Origin: Elsinoe ampelina
Taxonomy: Eukaryota
Assembly: GCA_010093995.1 (NCBI GenBank)
Contig: ML992503.1
Coordinates: 1,417,234-1,481,233, forward strand
DNA length: 64,000 nucleotides
Direction: 5' to 3'
Part shown: piece after piece, positions 12,264 to 25,654 of the stretch
Layout: the number at the start of each line of letters is the position of its first letter
Numbering within the stretch: the stretch's first letter is position 1
Position numbers and translations under genes: made by a program
The notes under the pieces: generated by a model
What the model saw: the letters and a program-made list of their open reading frames with translations, nothing else
Told to the model about the DNA's origin: nothing
The model's database searches: none

Positions 12264-12986
12264 ATGGCAGCTGCGGTAGCCTTCAGAGGTGCGCTCAGGC
12301 GGTCGGCACAGACTGGTGTGTTCAGAACGACAACCGCACCAGGTATTGCCTCTGGATGTGCGAAGATAGCAACCCCAATGGCGAGGCGGGGATTCAGAAG
12401 CAGTTCGGCTTGTACGTGCTCATGTCGGCGCACATCGAGGAATGGGACTGATCAAACACAGTCCAAGTGAAGAAGTACACTCAGGACCACGAATGGATCG
12501 AAATGTCTGAAGATGGCACATCGGGTGAGTACTTATGGCGAAGTTCGGCACAACATTACTCTCCGTACCCGTCCCAAAAGTCATGTTGATAAGGGATCTC
12601 TATGCAATTGCTCTCATTGCCAAACTAGACACATGGAATCGTCTGTCTGACCATGTACAGCCACGATAGGTATCTCCACCTACGCTGCATCCGCCCTTGG
12701 TGACGTCGTCTACGTTGAGCTCCCCACTGCGGACCTCGAATTCACTGCAGGCGACTCAATCGGCGCGGTAGAGTCAGTCAAGTCGGCCTCCGATATCATG
12801 GCTCCAGTCGCGGGAACGATCATCGAGTCAAACAGCGCACTAGAGGAGAAGCCAGGCCACATCAACAAGAGCCCCGAGGACGAGGCATGGTTGGCAAAGA
12901 TCAAGGTCGCGGACGCAAGCGAGGTGGAGGCCTTGATGGATGCGGATGCGTATAAGAGCTTCACAGAAGAGGCTGGCAAGTCATAG
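12264..12986 (+). CDS. GCV3: Glycine cleavage system H protein, mitochondrial (3 exons)
   Basis: Arg/Ala-rich presequence MAAAVAFRGALRR; KKYTQDHEWI; IGISTYAASALGDVVYVELP; lipoyl-lysine motif VESVKSASDIMAPVAG; INKSPEDEAWLAKI. Confidence 0.95.
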
Positions 12987-13214
12987 GTTTTGGTTGAGAC
13001 GTATGGTGGGTGGGGGGACAGACTGCCCCGAAGGATAGGGGAGTTCAGGCACAGCGAGCTTTCATTTACACAGCTGAGCTGCTATTCAACAGTAGAGGGG
13101 AACAACGGATCACTGAGGTCCACCAAGCGCAGCACAGCTCGCTCCAAATTCAACCACACCTTGCCAAGCAGTCGTCTATCCCTCCCTACATGCATTGCAC
13201 CCGCTCACACCACC

Positions 13215-13704
13215 CTACGAAGCGCCGTCCTTCCTATCAGTCCCCTCATACCCTTTCTCCCAAGCCCACATGTTCTTGCAGTAAATTTCAATCGTCGGCG
13301 AGCCCAATTTGTCCATGAAGTCCTTGTCGTCTAACCCTCCCATCTTGACGATTTTTAGTCCAGCCAGCGCTTCGGCCTCGACATACAGCAGCGTGGAGCA
13401 GATCGGACAGTTGTTGTAGGTCACGCCCTTACCGCTGTCGCCTCTGCGCGTGTATTGCTTCGGAATGCCTCGGATCAGCTTGAAGCTGCTCTCAGGTACG
13501 ATCAGGTTGTAAGATGCCGGAGTGCCGGAAGTCTTGCGGCATGGTATGCAGTGACCTGAACCATGTCAGTCAAGTGCATTCGATGAAGGAGAGAAGGAGG
13601 TAGTCATGGAATAGACCGAGACGACACTGACAGGCTGATTTCACGACCGGCTCACCGATAAAGGAGTAGGCGAAGTCACCGCAAATGCAGGAGCCAGTGG
13701 GCAT
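13215..13704 (-). CDS. GFA/CENP-V (Mss4-like) zinc protein, glutathione-dependent formaldehyde-activating family (2 exons)
   Basis: MPTGSCICG...AC/HCIPCRKTSG...GDSGKGV..NNCPICSTLLY...IVKMGGLDD...PTIEIYCK, the characteristic Cys pattern. Confidence 0.88.
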
Positions 13705-14953
13705 GTTGACAATGTCGAAAGCAAGAGTATCACCCTTTCAAGAGCGTGAATGACAAGTAAGAATAACAAGCGATGTTCGAGATAGGAAAAAGAGCCGCAT
13801 CATGAGATGGGATTGGGTTTGCGGCATCTTGTCAATGACGTTGCTCGGCAATGACGGGGAGGGGGGCGGGATCGTGGAAATGCTTGGTGCCCTTTAGACC
13901 TACTGGCGTGAATCGCCGTACACATGAACACAGCATGGATTCCATGGAGAAGTTGAGAGGACGAAGAAGTGAATCGTGGGACGTAAGATGTAAGATGAAG
14001 TAGCAGGTTGAGCCGCATCTGTAAGGCAAGCAGTCACGATCGCGCCATCAGGGTGACGGAGCTACCGGCAGAAGGGCGCCATGCCACACAAGCCTCATTG
14101 AACATCAACCACTTCGAGGTGAATTCCAAAGATCCGCGCCACTGTTCTGGCCCTCCTCTCTTCTCTGGACCTGGCCGACGTAGCATATCCAAATCGCATG
14201 TAAGTTAAGCTTCGTAGGGTCTGGAAAAGCATGCGAATTTCGAGAAGCTTGCAGGCATTCAACACGGCGACTTCTTGGAACGACTGGAACATCAGACAGC
14301 AGACCTGATGTATCAACCAGGCCAGGGATGAGGCCAGTCACAAGCAATCACTTGTTCAGGCACGCCGTCATCGCGCTGGGAATAGCGCGGACCTGTCTCA
14401 GGTGGTCGTCAATTCTCCCACTCTCAGCGGTTCCTCCCTGATCAGCGGCATCAGCCAAGGCAGCTCCCCCGCAAATTCCCCCAGGACTGGGTTTTTTTAC
14501 GTGTTTTTTGCTACACACGGCCGCAGACCCTGCGCACATGTCGGGCATTTGATTGGTCAAGATAGCAAACGCACTATGAACGAACGGGTGTGGGGTGCAG
14601 TCTTCCGCTCCAGTCAACAGGTCTGTTCGACTGTCCGGCCTCGGCCTTTGTCATTTCATCCCACCCAGATATACATCTGCCGTGTGTGACTCTCCTGTCA
14701 AAATACAGCTTGCTGAAATACCAGAGTACGAACAGAAGCGTAGTCATACAATTCTCCGGCTCTGACGTCGACAAGCATGCCCTATATGCAACGGCGAGAA
14801 TAACGCGGCAGCCTCCAGCCTTTTCTGCCCACGTCGCTCGGGCGTTTTCGCGCCCAGCGCCTTCAAACACAAAATCTACCGCTAGCCCGACCCGACACGT
14901 CTCTCTTGGAATACGAACGACTCTTCATACACACAATACGCCCAAATCGTGGA

Positions 14954-16792
14954 ATGGCCCCGGCAGACTACGACTGGCAGAAATTGAGGGTGGATACACA
15001 TTCAAGAGACAGTTCGACATTCCCGTCCAGGTCCGGCTCCTACGATGGTCGGATCATCTACGGGGATGAGACGACGGGTATGGAGTCTGGCGGACTCAAT
15101 ATAAGGAGCAACCCGAATGTACCACCTCTGGACCTCGCAGAATCGTGGTATCCGGGCGACGACAATCCACAATACCTCGCACCAGAGGGAGAGCAACTTG
15201 GACGACGGCGGAACAAGTCGATCAGTTTTGACCCGGAAGCCAAACTCGAGAATGGAAACAAACATAGCCTGGAAGAACCGCTGCCGCGCACCGCTAGCCT
15301 GAGGAGTGTCGCTTCGGCTGGGCGACCGAATCTAGGACGCAAGATCATGCCGTCTGCTCCATTACAGTTCGATCCTGCGACTTGCAAAATAAATCCATTC
15401 ACCGGCGAACCTGTACGGCGGCGGCCTCGGCGGCAGAACACTGGATCTACCAGTATGTCAATTATGGACGCATTTAATCAGACACCGGGTCCGGAAGGAG
15501 ATCAACTAGCCTCCCTCACGTCAGAGTCGACAGCCTCTCCTCCGCACGACGAAGTGCAGACTCCGACATCTCCGCCTGGGTCGTATCTGGATTCGCCCAC
15601 TGCGATCTCATCGCCCGCTTTCTCGCCAGTGCTGGAGTCAGATCCGTGGCCTGCTTGTCGAACCGGGAGTCTTCGGTCTGCACGAACTCTGCCATCAAGA
15701 CCTATCAGTCTCAGAAGGGAGAGCCGGAGATCGTCTCGGAGAGCTACGTCTTCAGCCTCGTTCTCGCCCGGTTCTGCGGCTTCTGCTTTTCTTGCCAAAT
15801 GGGGCAGGGACTCTGCGAATTCTGCAGCTCCAGAACAAGATGACGAAGGACAATCTTTCGGCTTGGACAACGAGTACATTATCGGTCGACAGATTGGCTA
15901 CGGTGGATTCAGTGTCGTGAAAGAGGCTTTCAGCATCTCCGAAGACGGCGAGAAGCGGAAACATGCTGTCAAGATTGTTCGTAAGAACATTCGGGAGAAG
16001 CCAGAAACCGAGAATGAAAAGTGCCAACAGGAACTGGAGCACGAAGTCGGCATCTGGAAGTATCTCAATCACGACCACATCTTATCTTTGCACTCCGACT
16101 ACGAGACCGACTTTGCGCGCTTCTGTGTCATGGATCTCAGTGAAGGTGGCTCGCTCTATGATCTCATAAGAGACAGTCGCAAAGCAGGGAAGAGTCTTCC
16201 TCCAGCCTTGGTCAAGAGCTACGCACATCAACTCGCCCTGGCTCTGAGGTACCTCCACGAAGATGTGCGGATTGTTCACCGCGACGTCAAGATGGAGAAT
16301 TGCCTTGTGGACCAAGACAGAGCCAGCCTCGGAGACTCTCCTGGACGTCTTCGACTGTGCGACTTCGGTCTCGCAGAATTCATCTCCTCTGAATCGCCAG
16401 ATCTAGTTGGCACCGAGGTACCTAGATCACCGGCCACGGTCTCCAACATTGTCGGTAGTCTTGAATACGCCGCGCCCGAGGCTTTACATACCGAGGAGAC
16501 TGTCCTCTCACCATCCGTCGACGTTTGGGCTTATGGCGTCTGCGTTTACACCCTGCTCACCTGCGATCGACCCTTCAAGCACTCAATGGCACAAAAGGTC
16601 ATTGAATTGATCGAGGCCGCTTCTTGGGACGAAGAAGCCGTGCGCCGGTCTGTCGGCGCCGAGGGTAGTACCGACGACGTCCTGACACTTCTGCATGGAT
16701 GTATGAATCCCAACCCAAATAAGAGGTGGAATATTGGTCAAGTTTTGGCTTCGCCCTGGTTTACCGAATGTGATGATAACGACGCATCTTGA
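14954..16792 (+). CDS. Ser/Thr protein kinase (CAMK-like; resembles the yeast Nnk1 type)
   Basis: IGYGGFSVV, AVKIV, HRDVKMEN, LCDFGLA, GSLEYAAPE, DVWAYG; long low-complexity N-terminus. First ATG at 14954. Confidence 0.92.
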   Translation: MAPADYDWQKLRVDTHSRDSSTFPSRSGSYDGRIIYGDETTGMESGGLNIRSNPNVPPLDLAESWYPGDDNPQYLAPEGEQLGRRRNKSISFDPEAKLENGNKHSLEEPLPRTASLRSVASAGRPNLGRKIMPSAPLQFDPATCKINPFTGEPVRRRPRRQNTGSTSMSIMDAFNQTPGPEGDQLASLTSESTASPPHDEVQTPTSPPGSYLDSPTAISSPAFSPVLESDPWPACRTGSLRSARTLPSRPISLRRESRRSSRRATSSASFSPGSAASAFLAKWGRDSANSAAPEQDDEGQSFGLDNEYIIGRQIGYGGFSVVKEAFSISEDGEKRKHAVKIVRKNIREKPETENEKCQQELEHEVGIWKYLNHDHILSLHSDYETDFARFCVMDLSEGGSLYDLIRDSRKAGKSLPPALVKSYAHQLALALRYLHEDVRIVHRDVKMENCLVDQDRASLGDSPGRLRLCDFGLAEFISSESPDLVGTEVPRSPATVSNIVGSLEYAAPEALHTEETVLSPSVDVWAYGVCVYTLLTCDRPFKHSMAQKVIELIEAASWDEEAVRRSVGAEGSTDDVLTLLHGCMNPNPNKRWNIGQVLASPWFTECDDNDAS

Positions 16793-17225
16793 TGATTTCA
16801 TGTCTGCGATACTAAAAGTGTACGAGCGAGGCGATGCCTGTTGTTTTGCGAGGCGTTTGGATCAATCACGATACCCAGCTCCATTACTATTCAGATACTC
16901 AATCGACAGTGAATCAATTGAAAGCATCTTAATCTGCTGACTTTTCCACCGTTCGATACCCCTGAGACCCCCGCGAGTTGTACCCTAACCCTTGGCGGCA
17001 ACTGCTGCGCGTACAGCTTCGCTGGCCGCTGCCGTGTCCTCAGGCGGCCTGGCAAGACAACTTTCAGGCTCACGGACGACCTCTAATTTCGGGCAGTCCT
17101 CTTCACCAAACCCATCGAGCGGAGCAGCTCTAGAATCCGAATCCGCACAGTAATCTTGTTTGCACGATTCTGACGAGCTGAACTTTTGCTGGCGCCGGAA
17201 GACGAGTCGACTACACATCGGGAGC

Positions 17226-19069
17226 ATGCGGAGATGGACGACCACGAGTCTGGCAGTGCTGCTATTGCAGTCGCTGCTAGTCAATGTTGCTAGTGCTGCA
17301 GAAGTCTCATTTGTATGAATATCATCCGAGGAGGAGCTTGATACCGGCCTCTTCATCTCCTGCAATTGACATGTCGACTAACCATGGCTTAGGACCAGTC
17401 GATGAGCAAGAAACAAGTATGCCAGGGTGCATTTTCAAAGAAGGGCTGGAATGGAGATACAGATCCTCACATCCTTGTCAACTTCATAAAACCCGAGAAC
17501 GTGGAAGGCGACCCTATCGCGAGTATAGTCATTTTTGAATGGAATGACAAGCAGTATTTGGGAATGAAGGACAAGAATCCTGATTCAGGAGAGGTAGGGA
17601 GACACTACAAGAGCAGTTGCGCAGACACTGAGCGGTCTACAGAAAGTCTGGATATGTGACGATGCAGCGGTCCAGGACGGGTACTGCAAAGACACCGACA
17701 AGGGAACCTTCCTCCTCGACCCAGCTTCCAAGGACTCGAAGTCACAGATCATCGCACAAGCGGTACATCTCAAGGATCCACCCGTCATCAAGTACGAGAT
17801 CAAGAGAACAGGATACTACTGCATCAGCACAGAGCCATTCGGAGAGGTCGAATACAAAGGAGCCGTGGTCTTTAGAAACGCCTACGGAGAGCTGCCAGCA
17901 GCTCAGATCGCCAAGCTACCCTTCTACGGCGCTCTGACAATGGTCTACGCCTTCATGGCCATCGGGTGGGGCGTACTCTACTACATGCATCGCTCCGACA
18001 TCCTAGCCGTGCAGAACTACATCACAGCCATCCTCGTCTTCTTGGTAGTCGAGATCTTCATGACCTGGATGTTCTACGACTACCAGAACCGCCACGGTCT
18101 CAACGCCGGCGCAAAAGCTCTCCTAATCGTCGTCTCGATCCTTTCAGCAGGCCGGAACTCGTTCAGCTTCTTCCTCCTCTTGATCGTCTGCATGGGCTAT
18201 GGCGTAGTCAAACACACGCTCGGCAAAACCATGATCATGGTCCGCGCCTTGGCCATCGCGCACTTTGTCTTTGGCGTCATCTACGCCATCGCCTCCCTCT
18301 CCGTCACTCCAGAGTCCGCCGGACCATTGGTCCTCCTCGTCGTCCTTCCCCTAGCAGGCACCCTCACAGCCTTCTACATCTGGACACTGAACAGTCTCGG
18401 CGCGACAATGAAAGATCTCATGGAGCGCAAGCAGACGGTCAAAGCAGGCATGTACCGCAAACTATGGTGGTGCATCCTCAGCTCTATTATCGTCATCTTT
18501 GCTTTCTTCTTCATCAACAGCTGGACTTTCGCGGGGGTGAGCAACGAGGATTTCGTACCCAAGCACTGGTCGACGAGATGGTTCATCCTCGATGGATGGC
18601 TGAATCTAGTGTACCTCGCCGATGTAGCCTTTGTGGCGTGGGTGTGGCGGCCGACGGCCAACAATCGACGGTTCGCCATGAGCGACGAGGTATGTCCCTT
18701 TCTCCCGAATCCATCCCCTCTTGTCCAAAACGATACTAAAATTCCATCCCCCAGATCGCCCAAGACGACGAAGGCTTCGAAATCGCCTCGGTCCGCGACT
18801 CGTTGGATTTCGAAAACGACGACCTCGAAGGCGGCAACGGCAAGCCTTCCGGCGCGCCGCCGGCGTACGATGCCCCTCGTCCGCAGGGCGGCGGGAGCGC
18901 CAACAGAGGCGTTTCCCCTCTGCCGGCGCCGACGCCGCAGAAGCCGGTGCAGAGTCTGCCGAGGGAGAGTCTGGACGGGGACACGATTTTCGCGGTCGGG
19001 GACGAGTTGGATAAGTCGGATGATGAGGATAGTGATGATGAGGGGAATAGGTTGACCGGACGGAAGTGA
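17226..19069 (+). CDS. PTM1: Ptm1/GOST (lung seven-transmembrane) Golgi membrane protein, multi-exon
   Basis: Signal peptide MRRWTTTSLAVLLLQSLL; FRNAYGELPAAQIAKLPFYG; DILAVQNYI; RNSFSFFLLLIVCMGYGVVK; WRPTANNRRFAMSDE/IAQDDEGFEIAS; RESLDGDTIFAVG. Confidence 0.9.
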
Positions 19070-19210
19070 GGTGTTTTGTTATTTGGCTGCGGGGGGGGGA
19101 TTGCATGGACGGTGTTTTGCTCATGGGCGAGGGATGGAAAAGGGGGTAAGTAGATACCATCAGGAATGCATTTGCCGTCATGTGTTTTCATGTTAGAACC
19201 AAGTGTGGTA

Positions 19211-21422
19211 TCATTCGTAAAAATCCGCCGGCAGGTCCCAGTGCAGCGCGTACCCAAAGTCGTCATTTCCCATTGTCCAATCGATGTCCTGCCCCAGCTC
19301 GGGGAAGTGAAACTCGTCTCCCATCGTCAGGCTTGCGTCTCCTGCGCCGTCCACCACGTTAGTGCCGGCGGTGGGCGACCGTCCCCCCGACCCGATACGG
19401 GAGGCCGACCGGCTCCCGACGTCGACGGAGAAGATCTGCTCCAGGTACTCGCTGCGCTGCGGCTGCTGGGACGCCGAAGCATCGGTGTGGTACGCCTCGA
19501 TGGCTTCTCCGAAACGGGTGAGGAGCTCGAGGTAGCGTTGGGCCTGCGGGCTGAGGGTGGAGAGTTGGCGGAGGACCTGTTTGCAGGAGGCGAAGGTGGT
19601 GGAGATTTCGGGCTGGCTGATGCCGAGGGGGACGAGTTGGGAGAAGCCGAGGGAGAGGGCGGCGGAGAATTGCCATGCTCTGTGGGGGGGAGGTTAGTAT
19701 AGGGAGGGTATGGGAGGGGGAAAAGAGGAGAGGGGAGAAGGGGTCGCGTACGCTAGGAATGACATGTTGCCGAGGAGGATGCCGGCTTTGGCTGCTTTGC
19801 TGGAGGTTTGGATGTTGCATACTGCGGCGTCGACGCAGACTTGAGCTAGTTTGTGGCTGGTGGTGTCATCCGGGACTGGAGCAGCTGAGTCTTCGAGCAC
19901 GTGCTTGTCACGAAGCTGTTTGGTGACTTCTTTAACTAGGAATTGGCGAGTGATGAAGACGACACCAAAATAGTAGCTGCTGGCGATGTGGATCTTTCCG
20001 AGAGCCAACTCACGTTGACCATCTTGTACTTCCAACCCTGTTGTACCGCGGACGGTCTCTCGTAGCTCTTCGGGCAGGTTCTGGATCCAGTGGCGAAGAA
20101 TCAGCAGGAACCTTTCTGCCACTTCAATTGACAGGGAACCATGGTCGATTGTGGTGCGGTATATGTCCTCGAGTGCCAGACAGCAGTCATAATTAGCGTC
20201 GAGGATAAGAGCACGGTAGGCCGCGTGGGGTTCTTGTACACAGGCTTGATGAGGTGTCTGTGGTCGCAATGTGCTACCAGGTCGACCAAGTACGGCATTA
20301 CATTGGACGTCCATTATCTTCAAGCATTTCCAAACTCGTGTCCTGGATATAGTCAGCAGATGTCAGCAATATGATCCGGGATCCTGTGTACTGACCTGAC
20401 ATTCCTTGCTTCGACAGGAAGAGTGTGATAGAGCTGAGGTACGTGAAGACCGAGTATTCTTGCGGCCTGCGAGGCAATACCAACATACATGAATGCAGTG
20501 TTTCTCCGACATGCGCAGAGCATGGCGTATGATAGTAGTAGAAAGTTGATGACCATATCGAGACTTGGGTCATGCAACATATCCTTGAAGACGTCCTTCC
20601 GCGCAAGACTCAGGTACCTTGCCGCAATCTGTTCGTCCACTTCAGAACTACTCCGACATAGAGCGCCGATAGCGATCATTATGTAGAGTGTGGCGTTACT
20701 GGTATCGTTCGGTAGCGAACGTAGCTCATCTGGCGCCGGACTAATCAGCTCCGAGGCCACAAGCATACTCGAAATCTCCTCGTCAGTGTGTAGATATAGA
20801 AAACCGCTCGACTTGGACGAGTCAGATTGAATTCTCTGGACAAGGCAAGCAGAATACTAACCGCATCCCTGAATATACGAATGAGCTCGATCTTCTCATC
20901 ATGACTGAGGTCGTCGGTGGCTCGATCAACACTTGGTTTCTTAGCGGGCAATTCTAGTAGAGTATGTTTGTTCTGGCTCTCTGTAAATGGTGATGGTCCA
21001 GCATAATGTCTTAATGTCTTTCTCAAAAATTGTAGGAAGGATAGAGCTGCAGTGTCGCCGAGATATACTGAAAACATAGTCAGTTTATGGGCCATTGTGA
21101 AGAATCGTGACCGACCATGTTGTCCAATGGAGCTCAGAAGAAATCGGGGCTGCTCGATTGTGATATCTTCCGATACAGCGGGTGTCAACGAGGTGCCAGG
21201 TAGAGCACTAACAGATGTCGCCGCGGCGACCTGTGAGACGGAAGATAATCTGGCATGACCTCGAGGAGGCCGGTCAAGGTAGATGCAAGAAGCGGCTATT
21301 GCCCTTCTCTCGCAGTAAGAGCATGGTTGACCCGAGTTGCATCGCCTTTTGGATGCCTTGCAGGGCTCACACGCTTGGGCAACCCTTTGCCGCTTATCTG
21401 GCCGAACCTTTGGCCTAGGCAT
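19211..21422 (-). CDS. Zn(II)2Cys6 transcription factor with fungal-specific TF (middle homology) domain, about 5 exons
   Basis: MPRPKVRPDKRQRVAQACEPCKASKRRCNSGQPCSYCERRAIAASC; YLGDTAALSFLQFLR; RRNTAFMYVGIASQAARILGLH; LGRP; last exon ends ...DLPADFYE* at 19211. Confidence 0.9.
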
Positions 21423-22284
21423 GGATCCCCATGAGCCCAATGTCAAATCGGTGAACGGATGGAGTGGGTGAAGGACTAAGCTCGTGCGGATGAGGGCAGG
21501 TTGTCGCCTGCGGAAAGGAGCCGAGAAGTAACCGTACCGCGTGACTTCCGGTCAAGCACAACCCGCCAGACACATCCCAATCGTATGTATACTTGGGACA
21601 CTGTTTTCACTTCCACATCATGGTGATGGACGTACAGGTTATCGAAGTCTGCGGCTATGCTGGCAAGCCGTGGCGCGGAGAGTGCAAGTCTCGCAAATGC
21701 GGAAAGCGCACTCGAAGCACATGTGACAACAGCAAATCCCCTCCAAAAAGAGTATTGCAAAAATTCATGATTGGATTTGCTATTACGACATGGCATTGTG
21801 ATGATGCGGTATACTCGCCATGAGTATAGCCTGGCCAACCTCTAAAGGCTGTCTTGCACCATTACTTGTGAGACCATACATTCGTTCCTTCACATTTCCA
21901 CAAGGTATCCTCGTACACGAAGATCTTGGATTGCAGCTCGCTCTTCACCCAACAGGGTTGAGCACGAGAGCAACAGTCCCTGCTATCCGCCCCAAAGATC
22001 TCGAAAGAGCAGGCGTAGTCGGCGTTTGTTCTGCAGACTCCCGCTCGTCGAATTGCTCGTTGGACGTCTTCTCCTCAACACGCCGTCCATCGGCACCATG
22101 GTGCGCAGATCAGTCCCCTGCCGCAGAGTGATAAACGCAGCGTGGATCATCGGAGGGACGTTGCTGGCAAGACTTCATTATCCGTTATGGTAAGGTTGGT
22201 GATTCAGCTGTCACTGGTGCTGACGCTAGAGCGACATAGGATCGCTACTTGCGTGTACCAGGCTTGGATATTTTCTTCGGGTCG

Positions 22285-23040
22285 TTACTTGTCAGTATCA
22301 GCAGGACCACCAGATTCGGCTTTCGTTCTCAACGCTCCTATCCGGTCGTCGATGAGAGCGATCTCGACGTCAAGTTTCAAGATCTTCTCCTTCAGAATGT
22401 TCTCGTACTCTGCATCTGTCAGGATGCTGAACGGCGACCATTTCTGCTTCGCGATCCATTCCATCATCCCCTGTTTCTCGCTTCCCTCATCGAGTGTCCG
22501 ACTGTTCGTAGCGTCGAGAAGATTATAAAGTCCCTGTCCCGAGGCTCCGAAGATGGAGAACATGATGGCTCCGGGAAGCACGTTGCGCTTGCCACCTAAG
22601 CCGTGGGGTCAGCGCTAAACAAATTACATACCAAGAAAGACTCACGTGTCAGCCAGCCCATGACAACTCCTGTAAAGCCACCTGCAATCGTACTGGCATA
22701 TGTACGCTGACGAGGCGTCGCTAGCTTAGCATCTCGATACCATGCTGCCATGACCGCAGATCTGCTTGCCCAGAATGTGGTCCCAGCACCGAAGCATTGA
22801 ATGCCGGAAGCCAATCCAAATAGTCCTGGAGATGCATTGCGAAAAAGGCCGGCAACAGATCCCACGGTGAACCCAGCAGCACCTGTACCATAGTTTAGCA
22901 ATCTACCAGCATAGAGCGGAACCAAGAGTGAAGGCAAAGGACGTGCTCGACGTACCAGCAAAGCCCCCGACCTTGATGGCTCCTTTCAGATCCGCCTGTG
23001 TAAACAGCAACGGCGCACCCTGCTGCTTATCCTCAGCCAT
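22285..23040 (-). CDS. Conserved fungal small membrane protein, Gly-rich TM helices (Tim17/22-like) with C-terminal coiled coil, 3 exons
   Basis: MAEDKQQGAP...KVGGFA/GAAGFTVGSVAGLFRNASPGLFGLASGIQCF...STIAGGFTG.../GGKRNVLPGAIMFSIFGASGQ...KWSPFSILTDAEYENILKEKILKLDVEIALIDD; canonical introns. Confidence 0.75.
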
Positions 23041-23332
23041 TGACATACATGAACGCGAAAACCATGTCGCCGTTGGATTCACGTCGGAGTTTGGTTCTTC
23101 TCGCCGTCCGTCGCCTCGGCAAAACCCCGGGCTGACAATTTGTGCGGAGACAGACGACTTCCTGCCGCGCTCAGCACCGACAATGTCCCTCGTCGAAAAA
23201 TTTACACGTCACTACAGACATTACAACCACGACAGGGAAATTTTCGACAAGCTGATCTGCTGAGAGGAATCAGCATATACACGAGCAGAAGCGCGCATCG
23301 ACTTGGAAGCGCGTTGTCTGCAATCCGCAATC

Positions 23333-25299
23333 ATGGGTAGGTTCCCAACAAGGCGCAAGGATGATGGGGATTGCCCTTGGGATCTAGGCTGATGTTGTGT
23401 AGCGCCGAAGAAACAGCAGAAAATGTCCATTGGGGACTTCCTGACGGATCAGTGTAAGCGAACAGCTCTGGACTCGAGCTTTCACAAGAGACTGACATGT
23501 ACAAGCTCTCGGATCTTGGGCCGATGAGATGGACGGACAGCCAATGCCGGGTAGGTACCCTTGCCGCCAACATCTTTACCTCTCACTCGCCGTCTCCGTC
23601 ATGGGACCACTCTCGCACACTCTGGATTGAGCTGACACGGTACAGCACCGAGTTCTGGATTCGGAGGCGAACGTCGCGCATTCAGCACCGCCGGCTCTGG
23701 GGGCTTTGGTGGTGACCGAGGTGGAGACCGTGGCTTTGGCAGCAGCAGAGGAGGCTTCGAAGGTAGTCCAAGACGATTGTGCGTCAATTGAGGTGACTGA
23801 CAGTAATAGACCGCCCGCGACAGTCCCGTGAACAGCTTCCCCTCCCGACTCGTCCTCCCTACACGGCTCACCTCGGCAATCTCTCATTCGAAGTCACCGA
23901 CACCGATGTCCAAAGCTTTCTGGACGGCTGTGATGTTACCAGCGTCCGGATCGTGGAAGATAAGCTTGACAGGAAACCAAAGGGCTTTGGCTACGTTGAA
24001 TTCGGCACACTTGAGGGCCTGAAGAAGGCACTTACGCTTAGCGAGACACAATTCCAGGGCAGAAACGTACGGATAAGCGTCGCCGAACCACGTCAGTAAT
24101 GCCACCTGCACCAAGCTGTCTTATACTGACAACATCCAGCAAAGGATCGCGGTGACGCTCGTGAACTCAACGATTGGACTCGCAAGGGACCTCTCCCAGA
24201 CTTACCAGGACAGGGACAACGCCGCGCATCGGAGCGTACCGGCAGCTTCCGTGGCGGCTTCGAACCGGCACCAGAAGCCGGAGGCGAACGAGGCCCTCGG
24301 AGAGGAGGCTTCCCTGATGGTGATGGTAAGCCACGCGACTTTGGCAACTGGGAGCGCAAGGGTCCTCTTTCACCGGTGCCACCTCAGGAGCCTCGCCAAG
24401 GTGGTCGCGGTAGCCGCGATTTTGGTCAAGCTCGGGAACGAAAGCTTTCACCGGGATGGGGCGAGGGTCGATCGGATGCTGGATCACGCCCACCTCGTCG
24501 GGAGTTCTCCGAGCGTCCCGCTCCTGAACGTACCCCGACAGCTGCCGAGCAGGACAACCAATGGCGGTCCCGAATGAGGCCTGATGCTCCTTCCCCAGAT
24601 GTCGCCACCCCAGACGAGTCCGTACCCTCATCACCTGCCGCACCACCGAAGCCTGCAGAGCGACCAAGGCTCAACCTGTCCAAGCGTACCGTTTCGGAAG
24701 CGCCAGACACCCAAGCCGCCTCCTCGGATTCCAAGGCTTCACCTTTCGGCGCCGCCCGACCCATCGACACCTCCGCACGCGAGCGCGAAGTTGAGGAGAA
24801 ACGGCAACTCGCCATCCGCCAAAAGCGCGAAGCCGACGACAAAGCACGAGAAGAAAAGAAATCCGCCGCCGCCAAAGGCGTCACCTCACCCTCCGACTCG
24901 GCCCCCACTGGACCCAAGGAAAACGGGGCCCGCGAACGTAACTCCGTCAGCGAACGCAAACGCAGCACCGCCCAAGGCACCAACGACGAAGACGAGAAAC
25001 CGTCGCGCAGCGCCCAATTCGAGATCCTCCGCCGGGTAGCCAACGAAGACGGCGACGCGGAAGACAAGGACGCGCCCGACGCGGACCTGAACGGCGAAGT
25101 GGTGGGCGACAAGGACGTCAAACCCCGTGAGGTGGTCAGGGAGGTCCCCGCCAAGGGAGGGGATAGTTGGAGGAAGCAGAGCGATGCTGGGCCCGCGGCG
25201 GAAGGCACGTCGGAGGCGCTCGAGGATGATGGGTTTACGGTCGTCGCGGGGGGGAAGAAGGGGAGGGGGAACAGGGGCGCGAGAGCGTTGGCTTCGTAG
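23333..25299 (+). CDS. TIF3: Translation initiation factor eIF4B, multi-exon
   Basis: M/APKKQQKMSIGDFLTDQ/..GSWADEM; RRM PPYTAHLGNLSF...KPKGFGYVEFG...GRNVRISVAEP; DW.RKGPL repeats; RPRLNLSKRT; ASPFGAARPIDT. Confidence 0.93.
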
Positions 25300-25654
25300 G
25301 AGGGGCTGGTGGGGCTGTGGTGACGTGAGAGAGAGGCTGATCGTAGGGGGGCATGGGTTATAGAGGCAGCAGAGCACGTCGACGTGAGGGAAAAGCTAGG
25401 GATGTCTTCTCTTCGTTCTCTGCTGTGCAGGCAAAAGGGGGTCAATGGGAGGCGCGGAAAAATCCTGTTAGACGAGGGTATGCAGAATGATATGATCCGT
25501 TTCCATCTCTTCTCCGATTCGGCATGGCTAATGTGCTTCTGGGTCTGGGTAGGGGATTGATCGATACCGAGGCAATGCTACAGTCGTAATACTTGTCACG
25601 CCACCGAAGATGAGATTCCCACACTCATGCCTGCATCTTGTCACTTCTTCCATA

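Noticed and set aside
12525..12660. Longer GCV3 intron considered as a box C/D snoRNA host (ATGTTGA ... CTGA)
   Set aside because: The box C match is imperfect, the CTGA coincides with the branch point, and no terminal stem or rRNA guide was recognised.
16983..16992. CCCTAACCCT telomere-like word, considered as a telomerase RNA template or interstitial telomere
   Set aside because: Only 10 nt, in a ~430-bp intergenic gap too short for a filamentous-fungal telomerase RNA; compatible with chance or a single Myb/Tbf1-type site.
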